Assembly (NCBI RefSeq): GCF_055900595.2
Contig: NZ_CM148325.1
Strand: one strand, 5' to 3'
DNA length: 64,000 bases
Position numbers and translations under genes: made by a program. The notes below the pieces were generated by a model that did not search any database, was not told the DNA's origin, and saw only the letters and a program-made list of their open reading frames with translations. How positions within the stretch are numbered: the stretch's first letter is position 1; the number at the start of each line of letters is the position of its first letter. Below are positions 32,916 through 45,903 of the stretch, piece by piece.

Positions 32916-33875
32916 ATGGATGCTACCCGGATAACCCTTCTGGCGCTTGATTTGTTCGGCTCGCCGGGCTGGAGCGCCGATAAAGAAATACAGCGGCTGT
33001 ATGCGCTCAGTAATCATGCCGCACGCCATTACCGACGGATTATTCTTTCTAAGCGTCACGGCGGTCAGCGGGTGGTGTTAGCCCCTGATTACTTGCTCAA
33101 AACCGTACAGCGCAACATTCTTAAGAACGTCCTTTCACAATTCCCTCTTTCCCCTTTTGCTACCGCCTACCGACAGGGTCGCCCAATCGTCAGCAACGCG
33201 CAGCCTCACTGCCAACAGCCGCAGATCCTTAAACTCGATATCGAAAACTTTTTCGATAGCATTAGCTGGTTACAGGTCTGGCGTGTGTTTAGCCAGACCC
33301 AGTTGCCACGCAATGTGGTAACCATGCTGACCTGGCTTTGTTGCTATAACGACGCGTTACCGCAGGGGGCGCCAACTTCGCCTGCCATTTCCAATCTTGT
33401 GATGCGCCGTTTTGATGAGTGCATAGGGGAATGGTGTCAGGCTCGGGGAATTACCTACACCCGCTACTGCGATGACATGACCTTTTCTGGTCACTTCAAT
33501 GCCCGCCAGGTTAAAAATAAAGTATGCGGATTGTTAGCGGAGCTGGGCCTGAGCCTCAATCAACGCAAAAGTTGCCTGATAGCTGCCTGTAAGCGCCAGC
33601 AGGTAACCGGGATTGTTGTTAATCACAAGCCACAGCTTGCCCGTGAAGCGCGCCGGGCGCTGCGTCAGGAAGTACACTTGTGCCAAAAATATGGCGTTAT
33701 TTCGCATCTTAGTCATCGTGGTGAACTTGATCCTTCTGGCGATCTCCACGCACAGGCAACGGCGTATCTTTATGCTTTGCAGGGAAGAATAAACTGGTTA
33801 TTGCAAATCAATCCTGAGGATGAGGCCTTTAAACAGGCGAGGGTGAGTGTAAAGCGAATGCTGGTGGCATGGTAA
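32916..33875 (+). CDS. retron-type reverse transcriptase (Ec107-like, 319 aa)
   Basis: RT motifs LPQGAPTSPAISNL and YTRYCDDMTF (YxDD catalytic box) plus retron-specific VTG motif (QQVTGIVVNHKP); 319 aa if started at MDATRITL; located between pyrE and slmA. Confidence 0.85.
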   Translation: MDATRITLLALDLFGSPGWSADKEIQRLYALSNHAARHYRRIILSKRHGGQRVVLAPDYLLKTVQRNILKNVLSQFPLSPFATAYRQGRPIVSNAQPHCQQPQILKLDIENFFDSISWLQVWRVFSQTQLPRNVVTMLTWLCCYNDALPQGAPTSPAISNLVMRRFDECIGEWCQARGITYTRYCDDMTFSGHFNARQVKNKVCGLLAELGLSLNQRKSCLIAACKRQQVTGIVVNHKPQLAREARRALRQEVHLCQKYGVISHLSHRGELDPSGDLHAQATAYLYALQGRINWLLQINPEDEAFKQARVSVKRMLVAW

Positions 33876-33918
33876 GAAAAGCGTCAGGCAGACGTTTCTG
33901 CCTGAACGTTTGGGAGAA

Positions 33919-34515
33919 TTACTGCAACTGCGCAGCAATTAGCGGCCAGCGGGCGTCAAAGTCATCCGTCGGGCGGTATTTAAACTCGCTGCGGACAAAG
34001 CGTGACAGCATACCTTCACAGAAGGCCAGGATCTGGCTTGCCAGCAGGGTTTCGTCGGTGGTGTAACCTTCACCCTCACGCATTCTCTTTTCACGCAATA
34101 CCTGACGCAACTGCGCTTCAATACGCTCGAATAGCTGGTTGATGCGCCCTTGCAGGCGATCCTGTTCAAACATTAGTGCATGACCAGTGAGGATGCGGGT
34201 CAGGCCAGGATTACGCTCACCAAAACCGAGAAGCAGCAACACAATCAGACGCAGGCGCGCTGTGGTGTCTTTCTCATCTTTCAGAATCAGATTGATGCGA
34301 GTAATCAGGCTATCTTCGATAAACTCAATCAGGCTATCGAACATGCGGGTCTTACTGGGGAAGTGGCGATACAGTGCCGCTTCGGAAACGCCGACAGAGG
34401 CGGCCAGTTTTGCCGTCGTGATACGTTGGCTTCCATCGCTGGATTCCAGCATCAGCGCCAGAGACTGAAGTATTTCCTCGCGACGGTTCCTTTTCGCAGT
34501 TTGTTTTTCTGCCAT
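33919..34515 (-). CDS. slmA: nucleoid occlusion factor SlmA (TetR family)
   Basis: 198 aa from [20 protein letters not shown]; TetR HTH. Confidence 0.9.
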
Positions 34516-34620
34516 GTTACAAAATACCCCTGAAAATAAGCACTTGCCAGGCGGCACCCACGCTATGACCGCAAACGAAATGTTTGCGGCTATGTTATGA
34601 CGTTATTCGGATGCGTAGTG

Positions 34621-35079
34621 TTACTGACGACCAGAGTGACCAAAGCCGCCTTCACCGCGGTCGGTGGCGTCGAAATCTTCCACCAGATTAAATTCAGCCT
34701 GTACTACCGGAACAAAAATCATCTGGGCGATGCGTTCGCCAGGTTGAATGGTGAAGCTGTCCTGACCACGGTTCCACACGGAAATCATCAACTGGCCCTG
34801 ATAGTCAGAATCGATCAATCCTACCAGGTTACCAAGCACGATACCGTGCTTATGTCCCAATCCGGAGCGCGGCAGCATCATTGCCGCCAGTGAAGGATCG
34901 GCAATATGAATCGCCAGCCCGGTCGGAACCAGCGTAGTGTCACCCGGAGCCAGTTCTACGGCGTCGTCGAGACAGGCACGCAGGTCAAGTCCGGCAGAGC
35001 CAGAGGTGGCATAAGTCGGGAGCGGAAATTCCTTCCCAACGCGCGGGTCCAGAATCTTAACGTCGATTTTTTTCATCAT
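34621..35079 (-). CDS. dut: dUTP diphosphatase
   Basis: 151-152 aa; [14 protein letters not shown]..., dUTPase motifs (GLDLRA, RSGLG). Confidence 0.9.
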
Positions 35080-36277
35080 AACGGGTCACGATCTCGTCGA
35101 GTAATAATTGGCCAAGGAGCTCTTTGCGCTCAAGCGGTAAGACTTTATCTCCGTCCTGCCAGAAAAGGTGTAATGCGTTGTTGTCGCTGTTAAATCCTTG
35201 AGTTGGCTGGGAAACATCGTTCGCGCAGATCAGATCAAGGTTTTTACGGATACGTTTTTGCCGGGCGTATTCTTCCACATTATTTGTTTCGGCGGCAAAT
35301 CCAACGACGTAGGGTCGATGGTCTTTTAGTGCGGCAACGCCTGCGACGATATCGGGGTTTTTAACCATTTTTATTGTTAATTCATCACCCTGCGTGGCCT
35401 GCTTTTTGATTTTCTCTGGGGCTACGGTAGCTGCGCGATAATCCGCCACGGCGGCGCAACCGATAAAAATATTTTGCTGCTGTACAGAAGCATTTACGGC
35501 GGCTTCCATTTCCAGCGCAGTCATTACATCAACACGTTTAACAAACGGTGGCGTCGGTAGCGAAACCGGACCTGATACCAGTGTGACGTTCGCGCCACGA
35601 CGGGCAGCAGCAGCAGCGATAGCAAACCCCATCTTGCCGGAGCTGTGATTAGAGATATAACGCACCGGGTCAAGCGGTTCACGCGTCGGGCCGGCGGTAA
35701 TCATAATGTTCAGATGTTTCAGGTCGTTGACGGGCGAAAAATGTGCTACCGCCATATCAACAATGGTTAACGGATCGAGCATTCGCCCAGGGCCGATATC
35801 ACCACAAGCCTGACTGCCGCTATCTGGCCCCCAGATGAGCAAACCACGCGAGGCAAGCAGCTCTAAATTATGCTGCGTGGCAGCTGCACGGTACATCTGC
35901 TGGTTCATGGCGGGCAGCACGGCTACAGGCGCAGGTGTAGCCAGGCAAATCGTCGATACCAGGTCATTCGCCATTCCGGCAGCAACACGGGCAATCAAAT
36001 CTGCCGTGGCAGGGGCGAGAATCACTAAATCAGCCCATTTACCCAGCTCAATATGGCCCATAGCGGCTTCGGCTGCCGGGTCAAGCAGACTGTCGGAAAC
36101 GGGATACCCCGAAACTGCCTGCAAGCTAAGTGGGGTAATAAAGGCTTTTGCCGCTTCGGTCATGGCTACGCGGACGTCGGCCCCGCGATCGCGCAAACGA
36201 CGCGCCAGTTCAGGGGTTTTATAGGCAGCAATACCGCCGCTGACGCCGAGAACGATTTTTTTACCGGCCAGGCTCAT
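35057..36277 (-). CDS. dfp: phosphopantothenoylcysteine decarboxylase / phosphopantothenate-cysteine ligase (CoaBC)
   Basis: 406 aa from [20 protein letters not shown] (flavoprotein fold). Confidence 0.9.
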
Positions 36278-36442
36278 GATGATTTTTCCTGTTGGGTGAC
36301 ACCAGAAGTTGGCGATTTTATCACAATACTTTTGTTGTCGTGCCTTCACCTGAAAATCACTTTGCGAGGCGCTTTCCAGGATTGAAAACTGACCGTCGAT
36401 TTAACGGAACGGCTATGACAGGATGCGAGCACCACAAAGGAG

Positions 36443-37117
36443 GTGAAGGTGAAAAACAATGCACAGCTGTTGATGCCGCGCGAAAAAATGCTGAAGTTTG
36501 GCATTGGTGCGTTAACGGATGTTGAGCTGCTGGCGCTATTTCTGCGTACCGGAACGCGCGGTAAAGATGTATTAACCCTGGCAAAAGAGATGCTGGAGAA
36601 TTTCGGCTCTCTTTATGGCTTGTTAACCTCTGAATATGAACAATTTAGCGGTGTTCATGGAATTGGTGTGGCGAAGTTCGCTCAGTTAAAGGGGATTGCT
36701 GAACTGGCGCGGCGTTACTACAACGTGCGGATGCGTGAAGAAAGCCCTTTACTCAGCCCGGAGATGACGAGGGAATTTTTACAAAGCCAGCTCACGGGCG
36801 AGGAGCGGGAGATCTTTATGGTGATCTTTCTCGACTCCCAACACAGGGTTATAACGCATAGCCGTCTTTTTTCCGGCACGCTAAACCATGTTGAAGTCCA
36901 TCCTCGGGAAATTATCCGCGAAGCGATAAAAATAAACGCCTCGGCGCTGATCCTTGCACATAATCACCCTTCGGGTTGTGCTGAACCCAGTAAAGCGGAT
37001 AAACTCATTACCGAACGGATAATAAAAAGTTGTCAGTTCATGGATTTACGCGTGCTCGACCATATCGTGATTGGGCGTGGAGAGTATGTTTCTTTTGCCG
37101 AACGCGGCTGGATTTAA
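36443..37117 (+). CDS. yicR: JAB/MPN-domain protein YicR (RadC-like)
   Basis: JAMM motif [10 protein letters not shown]; conserved position upstream of rpmB. Confidence 0.85.
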   Translation: MKVKNNAQLLMPREKMLKFGIGALTDVELLALFLRTGTRGKDVLTLAKEMLENFGSLYGLLTSEYEQFSGVHGIGVAKFAQLKGIAELARRYYNVRMREESPLLSPEMTREFLQSQLTGEEREIFMVIFLDSQHRVITHSRLFSGTLNHVEVHPREIIREAIKINASALILAHNHPSGCAEPSKADKLITERIIKSCQFMDLRVLDHIVIGRGEYVSFAERGWI

Positions 37118-37312
37118 CCCGCTATGCGCGATCCTTCGGGATCTTTGTCTGTTCGGGACTTGAGCACATCGCTGAGTCAGCGTATACTACGCCACCTTTG
37201 AGAATCTCGGGTTTGGCATTTGGGCCTGGCAATCGAGAGTTCACATAGAACTGCGATGACCGGGCTGTAAAGCCTGACGAGGCGCCAATACCCCATACGA
37301 AGCTCGAGCTAA

Positions 37313-37570
<258 letters not shown>

Positions 37571-37587
37571 GTACTTAGAGGAAATAA

Positions 37588-37758
<171 letters not shown>

Positions 37759-37780
37759 TTCTCGCTTTGATGTAACGAAA

Positions 37781-37806
37781 AACCTCGCTCCGGCGGGGTT
37801 TTTTGT
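37781..37806 (+). terminator. rpmBG operon terminator
   Basis: GC-rich imperfect hairpin (CCTCGCTCCGGCGGGG) followed by TTTTTTGTT. Confidence 0.5.
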
Positions 37807-37855
37807 TATCTGCTTGCCCCCATATTGACTGCATCTGTTGATTCCTGGAGATGCT

Positions 37856-38665
37856 ATGCCTGAATTACCCGAAGTTGAAACCAGCCGCCGCGGCATAGAA
37901 CCGCATCTCGTTGGTGCAACCATTCTTCATGCGGTGGTGCGCAACGGACGCCTGCGCTGGCCGGTTTCGGAAGAGATCTACCGTTTAAGCGACCAACCAG
38001 TGCTTAGCGTGCAGCGCCGGGCTAAATATCTGCTGCTGGAGCTGCCTGAGGGCTGGATTATCATTCATTTAGGGATGTCTGGCAGCCTGCGCATCCTTCC
38101 AGAAGAGCTTCCCCCTGAAAAGCATGACCATGTTGATTTGGTGATGAGCAACGGCAAAGTGCTACGCTACACCGATCCGCGCCGCTTTGGTGCCTGGCTG
38201 TGGACCAAAGAGCTGGAAGGGCACAACGTGCTGGCCCATCTTGGACCGGAGCCGCTTAGTGACGATTTCAACGGTGAGTACCTGCATCAGAAGTGCGCGA
38301 AGAAAAAAACGGCGATTAAACCGTGGCTGATGGATAACAAGCTGGTGGTAGGCGTAGGGAATATCTATGCCAGCGAATCTCTGTTTGCGGCGGGGATCCA
38401 TCCGGATCGGCTGGCGTCATCACTGTCGCTGGCGGAGTGTGAATTGTTAGCTCGGGTGATTAAAGCGGTGTTGCTGCGTTCGATTGAGCAGGGCGGTACA
38501 ACTCTGAAAGATTTTCTGCAAAGTGATGGTAAACCGGGCTATTTCGCTCAGGAATTGCAGGTTTACGGGCGAAAAGGCGAGCCGTGTCGGGTGTGCGGTA
38601 CGCCGATTGTGGCGACGAAACATGCGCAGCGGGCAACGTTTTATTGTCGGCAGTGCCAGAAGTAA
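37856..38665 (+). CDS. mutM: formamidopyrimidine-DNA glycosylase
   Basis: 269 aa from [13 protein letters not shown] (catalytic Pro2/Glu3); C-terminal zinc finger CRVCGTPI...YCRQCQ. Confidence 0.9.
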
Positions 38666-38674
38666 TTGATGCGC

Positions 38675-38696
38675 GCCGGATGGCATACCATCCGGC
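38675..38696. terminator. hairpin between convergent mutM and coaD (probable bidirectional terminator)
   Basis: Perfect 9-bp stem GCCGGATGG / CCATCCGGC with 4-nt loop CATA. Confidence 0.45.
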
Positions 38697-38703
38697 ATAA
38701 ACG

Positions 38704-40468
<1,765 letters not shown>

Positions 40469-40819
40469 AGTAAATAGCTGACTTATGGATGTGCTGGGGA
40501 TTCTATGTATTTAGCTGTGGCTTTACCATTACTTTTCCCGTTTTTGACTTAAATAGCAATTTACCCACCAATTCTTGCTGAACATCTATACTTTTTTTGT
40601 ATTTTTATGCGATTCATTGATTTCCGCAGTACGTGCAGTAAGGAATCGCGGAGCAACAGTGAAAGAATATTGTTGCTAATGATTTTATTTGATTGATTTC
40701 TTTATTGAAAAACAACGATGTGCTTAAAAATCATTCGGATCGGATTGCCGCGAAAGAAGTGATACACTAGCGCGTCAATATCAGTACGGTATCAGTATTC
40801 AGGTAGCTGTTGAGCCTGG

Positions 40820-40831
40820 GGCGGTAGCGTG
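40820..40831 (+). promoter_or_regulatory. ops element (GGCGGTAGCGTG) within a JUMPStart-like leader upstream of waaQ; RfaH recruitment site
   Basis: Exact ops core GGCGGTAG-CGTG on the non-template strand about 50 nt upstream of the waaQ start. Confidence 0.7.
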
Positions 40832-40880
40832 CTTTTTCTGCTTCACCTTAATCGGATAATCTCAACAAAAAGAGTTACTT

Positions 40881-41939
40881 GTGGATAAGCCATTTCGAAG
40901 AATTTTGCTCATTAAGATGCGTTTTCATGGGGATATGTTATTAACTACTCCTGTCATTAGTTCGCTGAAAAAAAATTACCCTGACGCAAAAATCGATGTG
41001 CTGCTTTATCAGGATACCATCCCGATTCTGTCTGAAAATCCAGAGATTAACGCGCTCTACGGCATAAAAAATAAAAAAGCAAAAGCCTCAGAGAAAATTT
41101 CCAACTTTTTTCATCTCATCAAGGTATTACGTGCCAATAAGTATGACCTTATCGTCAATCTTACCGATCAATGGATGGTTGCTATACTGGTTCGCTTATT
41201 AAATGCCCGTGTGAAAATTTCCCAGGATTATCATCATCGGCAGTCTGCTTTTTGGCGTAAAAGCTTCACCCATCTGGTGCCGTTGCAGGGTGGAAATGTG
41301 GTGGAAAGTAACTTATCCGTGCTGACGCCACTGGGTCTCGAATCGTTGGTGAAGCAGACAACGATGAGTTACCCGCCTGCAAGCTGGAAACGAATGCGTC
41401 GCGAACTGGATCACGCAGGTGTTGGACAAAATTATGTGGTTATCCAACCTACCGCGCGGCAAATCTTCAAATGCTGGGACAACGCCAAGTTTTCCGCTGT
41501 GATTGATGCCTTACATACACGTGGCTATGAAGTCGTTCTGACGTCCGGCCCGGATAAAGACGATCTGGCCTGCGTCAATGAAATTGCGCAGGGATGCCAG
41601 ACGCCACCAGTAACGGCGTTGGCCGGAAAGGTAACCTTCCCGGAACTTGGTGCGTTAATCGATCATGCGCAGCTGTTTATTGGCGTTGATTCCGCACCGG
41701 CGCACATTGCCGCTGCAGTTAATACGCCGCTGATATCGCTGTTTGGTGCAACAGACCATATTTTCTGGCGTCCCTGGTCAAATAACATGATTCAATTCTG
41801 GGCGGGAGATTACCGGGAAATGCCAACACGCGATCAGCGTGACCGAAATGAGATGTATCTTTCGGTTATTCCGGCGGCAGATGTCATTGCTGCTGTTGAT
41901 AAATTATTGCCATCCTCCACGACAGGTACGTCGTTATGA
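40881..41939 (+). CDS. waaQ: LPS heptosyltransferase III (GT9)
   Basis: GT9 heptosyltransferase; first gene of the central waa operon; start uncertain (GTG at 40881 or ATG at MRFHGD). Confidence 0.85.
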   Translation: MDKPFRRILLIKMRFHGDMLLTTPVISSLKKNYPDAKIDVLLYQDTIPILSENPEINALYGIKNKKAKASEKISNFFHLIKVLRANKYDLIVNLTDQWMVAILVRLLNARVKISQDYHHRQSAFWRKSFTHLVPLQGGNVVESNLSVLTPLGLESLVKQTTMSYPPASWKRMRRELDHAGVGQNYVVIQPTARQIFKCWDNAKFSAVIDALHTRGYEVVLTSGPDKDDLACVNEIAQGCQTPPVTALAGKVTFPELGALIDHAQLFIGVDSAPAHIAAAVNTPLISLFGATDHIFWRPWSNNMIQFWAGDYREMPTRDQRDRNEMYLSVIPAADVIAAVDKLLPSSTTGTSL

Positions 41940-43060
41940 TCGTTGCTTTCTGTTTATATAAATATTTTCCCTTTGGCGGTTTGCAACGCGATTTTATGCG
42001 TATTGCTCAGACAGTTGCGGCCCGAGGGCATCATGTTCGGGTTTATGCCCAGTCATGGGAAGGCGAATGCCCTGATGTGTTTGAACTGATCAACGTGCCG
42101 GTTAAGTCGCATACCAATCACGGGCGTAACGCGGAGTATTTTGCCTGGGTGCAAAAACATTTACGCGAGCATCCGGTCGATAAAGTCGTTGGATTCAACA
42201 AAATGCCGGGGCTGGACGTTTATTATGCCGCTGATGTTTGTTATGCCGAGAAAGTGGCGCAGGAGAAAGGCTTTTTCTATCGCCTGACGTCACGTTATCG
42301 CCATTATGCCGCCTTTGAGCGGGCAACCTTTGAACAGGGCAAGCCGACACAGTTGCTGATGCTGACGGACAAGCAAATCGCCGATTTCCAGAAACATTAT
42401 CAGACTGAAGCGGAGCGTTTTCATATTTTGCCTCCGGGGATTTATCCTGACCGTAAATATAGCCAGCAGCCAGCCAATAGCCGTGAAAGCTTTCGTAAGA
42501 AAAATGGAATAACAGAACAACAATATTTATTGTTGCAGGTCGGTTCAGACTTCACGCGTAAAGGTGTCGATCGTTCCATTGAAGCACTTGCTTCGCTCCC
42601 GGATTCACTGCGCCACAACACATTGCTATATGTTGTTGGGCAGGATAAACCGCGAAAATTTGAGGCACTGGCAGAAAAACGCGGCGTGCGCAGTAATGTT
42701 CACTTCTTCTCTGGGCGTAACGATGTCTCGGAATTAATGGCGGCGGCGGATTTATTACTGCATCCTGCCTACCAGGAAGCGGCGGGAATTGTGCTGCTGG
42801 AAGCGATTACTGCAGGATTACCGGTTCTAACAACTGCTGTTTGTGGTTATGCGCATTATATTGTTGACGCGAATTGCGGCGTGGCTATTGCTGAGCCATT
42901 CCGTCAGGAAACATTGAATGAGTTTTTACGCAAAGCGTTAACGCAATCTTCATTGCGCCAGGCCTGGGCGGAAAATGCGCGACATTATGCTGATACACAA
43001 GATTTATACAGTCTGCCAGAGAAAGCGGCGGATATCATAACGGGTGGTCTGGATGGTTGA
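41936..43060 (+). CDS. waaG: LPS core alpha-1,3-glucosyltransferase I (GT4)
   Basis: 374 aa; GT4 family; ATGA overlap with waaQ stop. Confidence 0.9.
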   Translation: MIVAFCLYKYFPFGGLQRDFMRIAQTVAARGHHVRVYAQSWEGECPDVFELINVPVKSHTNHGRNAEYFAWVQKHLREHPVDKVVGFNKMPGLDVYYAADVCYAEKVAQEKGFFYRLTSRYRHYAAFERATFEQGKPTQLLMLTDKQIADFQKHYQTEAERFHILPPGIYPDRKYSQQPANSRESFRKKNGITEQQYLLLQVGSDFTRKGVDRSIEALASLPDSLRHNTLLYVVGQDKPRKFEALAEKRGVRSNVHFFSGRNDVSELMAAADLLLHPAYQEAAGIVLLEAITAGLPVLTTAVCGYAHYIVDANCGVAIAEPFRQETLNEFLRKALTQSSLRQAWAENARHYADTQDLYSLPEKAADIITGGLDG

Positions 43061-43850
43061 ACTGAAAGAGCCGTTTGCCACGTTATGGCGCGGTAAAGAT
43101 CCTTTTGAGGAAGTTAAAACCTTGCAGGGTGAGGTATTTCGTGAACTGGAAACTCGCCGCACTCTGCGCTTTGAAATGGCGGGCAAAAGCTATTTTCTCA
43201 AATGGCATCGCGGCACGACCCTGAAAGAGATAATCAAAAATTTACTCTCATTGCGGATGCCAGTATTAGGTGCAGACCGTGAATGGAATGCGATTCATCG
43301 GCTGCGGGATGTCGGCGTTGATACTATGTATGGGGTGGCATTCGGCGAAAAAGGCATTAATCCGCTGACCAGAACTTCGTTTATTATTACCGAAGATCTG
43401 ACGCCAACTATCAGTCTGGAAGATTACTGTGCTGACTGGGCGACTAACCCACCAGATGTCCGCGTAAAGCGTATGCTTATTAAACGTGTCGCGACGATGG
43501 TGCGCGATATGCATGCTGCGGGCATTAACCACCGTGACTGTTATATCTGTCATTTCCTGCTGCACTTGCCTTTTTCTGGTAGGGAAGATGAGTTAAAAAT
43601 TTCAGTAATTGACCTGCACCGGGCGCAGCTTCGCACGCGCGTTCCACGTCGTTGGCGCGATAAAGATCTTATTGGGCTTTATTTTTCTTCGATGAATATT
43701 GGCCTGACTCAGCGTGATATCTGGCGATTTATGAAGGTATATTTTGCCGTACCGCTTAAAGACATACTCAAGCAGGAACAAGGGCTGCTGTCGCAAGCAG
43801 AAGCAAAAGCCACGAAAATCAGGGAAAGAACGATTAGAAAATCGTTGTAA
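43053..43850 (+). CDS. waaP: LPS core heptose(I) kinase
   Basis: 265 aa from [12 protein letters not shown]; kinase-like motif ([11 protein letters not shown]). Confidence 0.9.
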   Translation: MVELKEPFATLWRGKDPFEEVKTLQGEVFRELETRRTLRFEMAGKSYFLKWHRGTTLKEIIKNLLSLRMPVLGADREWNAIHRLRDVGVDTMYGVAFGEKGINPLTRTSFIITEDLTPTISLEDYCADWATNPPDVRVKRMLIKRVATMVRDMHAAGINHRDCYICHFLLHLPFSGREDELKISVIDLHRAQLRTRVPRRWRDKDLIGLYFSSMNIGLTQRDIWRFMKVYFAVPLKDILKQEQGLLSQAEAKATKIRERTIRKSL

Positions 43851-43865
43851 TTTCCGGAGAGAAAT

Positions 43866-44882
43866 ATGAGTGCCCACTATTTTAATCCACAAGAGATGAT
43901 CAATAAGACAATCATCTTCGATGAAAGGCCAGAGGCGTCAGTGGCATCATCATTCCATGTTGCTTATGGCATTGATCAGAACTTTCTTTTTGGTTGTGGT
44001 GTTTCAATCACGTCAGTTTTGTTACATAACAACGACGTGAGTTTTGTCTTCCACGTTTTTATTGATGATATCCCTGACGCCGATATCCAGCGTTTATCCC
44101 AATTGGCGAAAAGCTATCATACCTGTATCCAGATCCATCTGGTAAATTGTGAACGGCTTAAGGTATTACCGACGACCAAAAATTGGTCTATTGCCATGTA
44201 TTTCCGTTTTGTAATTGCAGATTACTTTATTGATCAACAAGATAAGATCCTGTACCTGGATGCTGATATCGCCTGTCAGGGAACCTTAAAACCGCTGATA
44301 ACAATGGATCTTGCCAATAACGTTGCTGCTGTTGTTACTGAACGCGATGCTAACTGGTGGTCGTTACGGGCTCAAAGTCTGCAGTGTAATGAACTTGAAA
44401 AGGGTTACTTTAATTCAGGTGTCCTGTTAATTAATACACTAGCGTGGGCGCAGGAGTCCGTTTCTGCTAAAGCGATGTCGATGCTTGCTGATAAAGCCGT
44501 CGTTTCCCGTTTAACCTATATGGATCAAGATATACTAAATCTTATCCTGTTAGGGAAAGTTAAATTCATTGATGCTAAATACAATACGCAATTTAGTTTA
44601 AATTATGAATTAAAAAAATCATTTATTTGTCCAATTAATGATGAAACCGTATTAATTCATTATGTCGGCCCGACAAAACCTTGGCATTACTGGGCCGGTT
44701 ATCCAAGCGCGCAGCCATTTATCAAAGCCAAAGAAGCATCGCCATGGAAAAATGAACCGTTAATGCGGCCAATTAACTCAAATTATGCTCGTTATTGCGC
44801 TAAGCATAATTTTAAACAAAATAAACCAATTAACGGGATAATGAATTATATTTATTATTTTTATTTAAAGATAATAAAATGA
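43866..44882 (+). CDS. waaO: LPS outer-core alpha-glycosyltransferase, GT8 family (WaaO/WaaI-like)
   Basis: 338 aa; GT8 DxD motif YLDADIACQG; AT-rich. Confidence 0.7.
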   Translation: MSAHYFNPQEMINKTIIFDERPEASVASSFHVAYGIDQNFLFGCGVSITSVLLHNNDVSFVFHVFIDDIPDADIQRLSQLAKSYHTCIQIHLVNCERLKVLPTTKNWSIAMYFRFVIADYFIDQQDKILYLDADIACQGTLKPLITMDLANNVAAVVTERDANWWSLRAQSLQCNELEKGYFNSGVLLINTLAWAQESVSAKAMSMLADKAVVSRLTYMDQDILNLILLGKVKFIDAKYNTQFSLNYELKKSFICPINDETVLIHYVGPTKPWHYWAGYPSAQPFIKAKEASPWKNEPLMRPINSNYARYCAKHNFKQNKPINGIMNYIYYFYLKIIK

Positions 44883-44898
44883 CATTGAGAAAAGTTAA

Positions 44899-45894
44899 AT
44901 GAATGAATTTATAAAAGAACGGTTTTCGTATTTAGCAGATAATAAAAAAGAAAACGTCCCAGAGCTAAATGTTTCCTACGGTATCGATAAGAATTTTTTG
45001 TATGGTGCTGGCGTTTCAATTTCTTCCGTTTTGATTAATAATTCAGATATTAATTTTGTCTTTCATGTTTTCACTGATTATGTGGATGATGATTATTTAA
45101 AGTCATTTGATGAAACAGCAAAACAATTTAATACCTCAATTATTGTATATTTAATTGACCCAAAATACTTTGCTGATCTGCCGACGTCACAGTTTTGGTC
45201 GTACGCGACATACTTCAGGGTATTGTCCTTTGAATATCTGAGTGAAAGTATTTCCACACTGCTGTATCTGGATGCCGATGTCGTTTGTAAAGGAAGTCTG
45301 AAACCTCTCACAAAAATTATATTTAAAGATGAGTTTGCTGCGGTTATTCCTGACAATGATAGTACTCAGGCGGCATGTGCAAAACGTCTTAACATTCCCG
45401 AAATGAATGGACGTTATTTCAATGCAGGCGTTATCTATGTCAATCTTAAAAAATGGCATGAAGCAAATTTGACACCGTATTTACTCACGCTTTTACGAGG
45501 GGAAACTAAATATGGCTCTCTTAAATATTTAGATCAGGATGCGTTGAATATCGCATTTAATATGAATAATATCTACCTCGCGAAGGATTTTGATACTATT
45601 TATACCCTGAAAAACGAACTTCATGATCGTAGTCATCGAAAGTATCAGCAAACCATTACCGATAAAACAGTATTGATTCACTATACAGGGATAACTAAAC
45701 CATGGCATAGCTGGGCTGGATATCCGTCTGCATCATACTTTAATATCGCGCGTGAACAATCTCCCTGGAAGAAATATCCTCTTAAAGAGGCGCGGACTGT
45801 TGCAGAAATGCAGAAACAATATAAGCATCTGTTTGCCCATGGTGAGTATATAAAAGGCATAACTTCATTAATTAAGTACAAGCTTAAGAAATAA
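44899..45894 (+). CDS. LPS outer-core alpha-glycosyltransferase, GT8 family (WaaT-like position)
   Basis: 331 aa; GT8 motif YLDADVVCKG; position between waaO and waaY as in R1/R4 core loci. Confidence 0.6.
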   Translation: MNEFIKERFSYLADNKKENVPELNVSYGIDKNFLYGAGVSISSVLINNSDINFVFHVFTDYVDDDYLKSFDETAKQFNTSIIVYLIDPKYFADLPTSQFWSYATYFRVLSFEYLSESISTLLYLDADVVCKGSLKPLTKIIFKDEFAAVIPDNDSTQAACAKRLNIPEMNGRYFNAGVIYVNLKKWHEANLTPYLLTLLRGETKYGSLKYLDQDALNIAFNMNNIYLAKDFDTIYTLKNELHDRSHRKYQQTITDKTVLIHYTGITKPWHSWAGYPSASYFNIAREQSPWKKYPLKEARTVAEMQKQYKHLFAHGEYIKGITSLIKYKLKK

Positions 45895-45903
45895 ATTACT
45901 CTT

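Noticed and set aside
32751-33059. 102-aa minus-strand ORF upstream of the RT
   Set aside because: Covers the msd stem-loop region and the RT 5' end in antisense; better explained as structured retron RNA than as a coding gene, so not proposed as a hidden retron effector.
32904-33875. Possibility that the RT belongs to a group II intron or a DGR
   Set aside because: Too short (about 319 aa) with no maturase/endonuclease domain, no intron RNA domains, no template/variable repeat pair; has the retron VTG motif and a1/a2 repeats.
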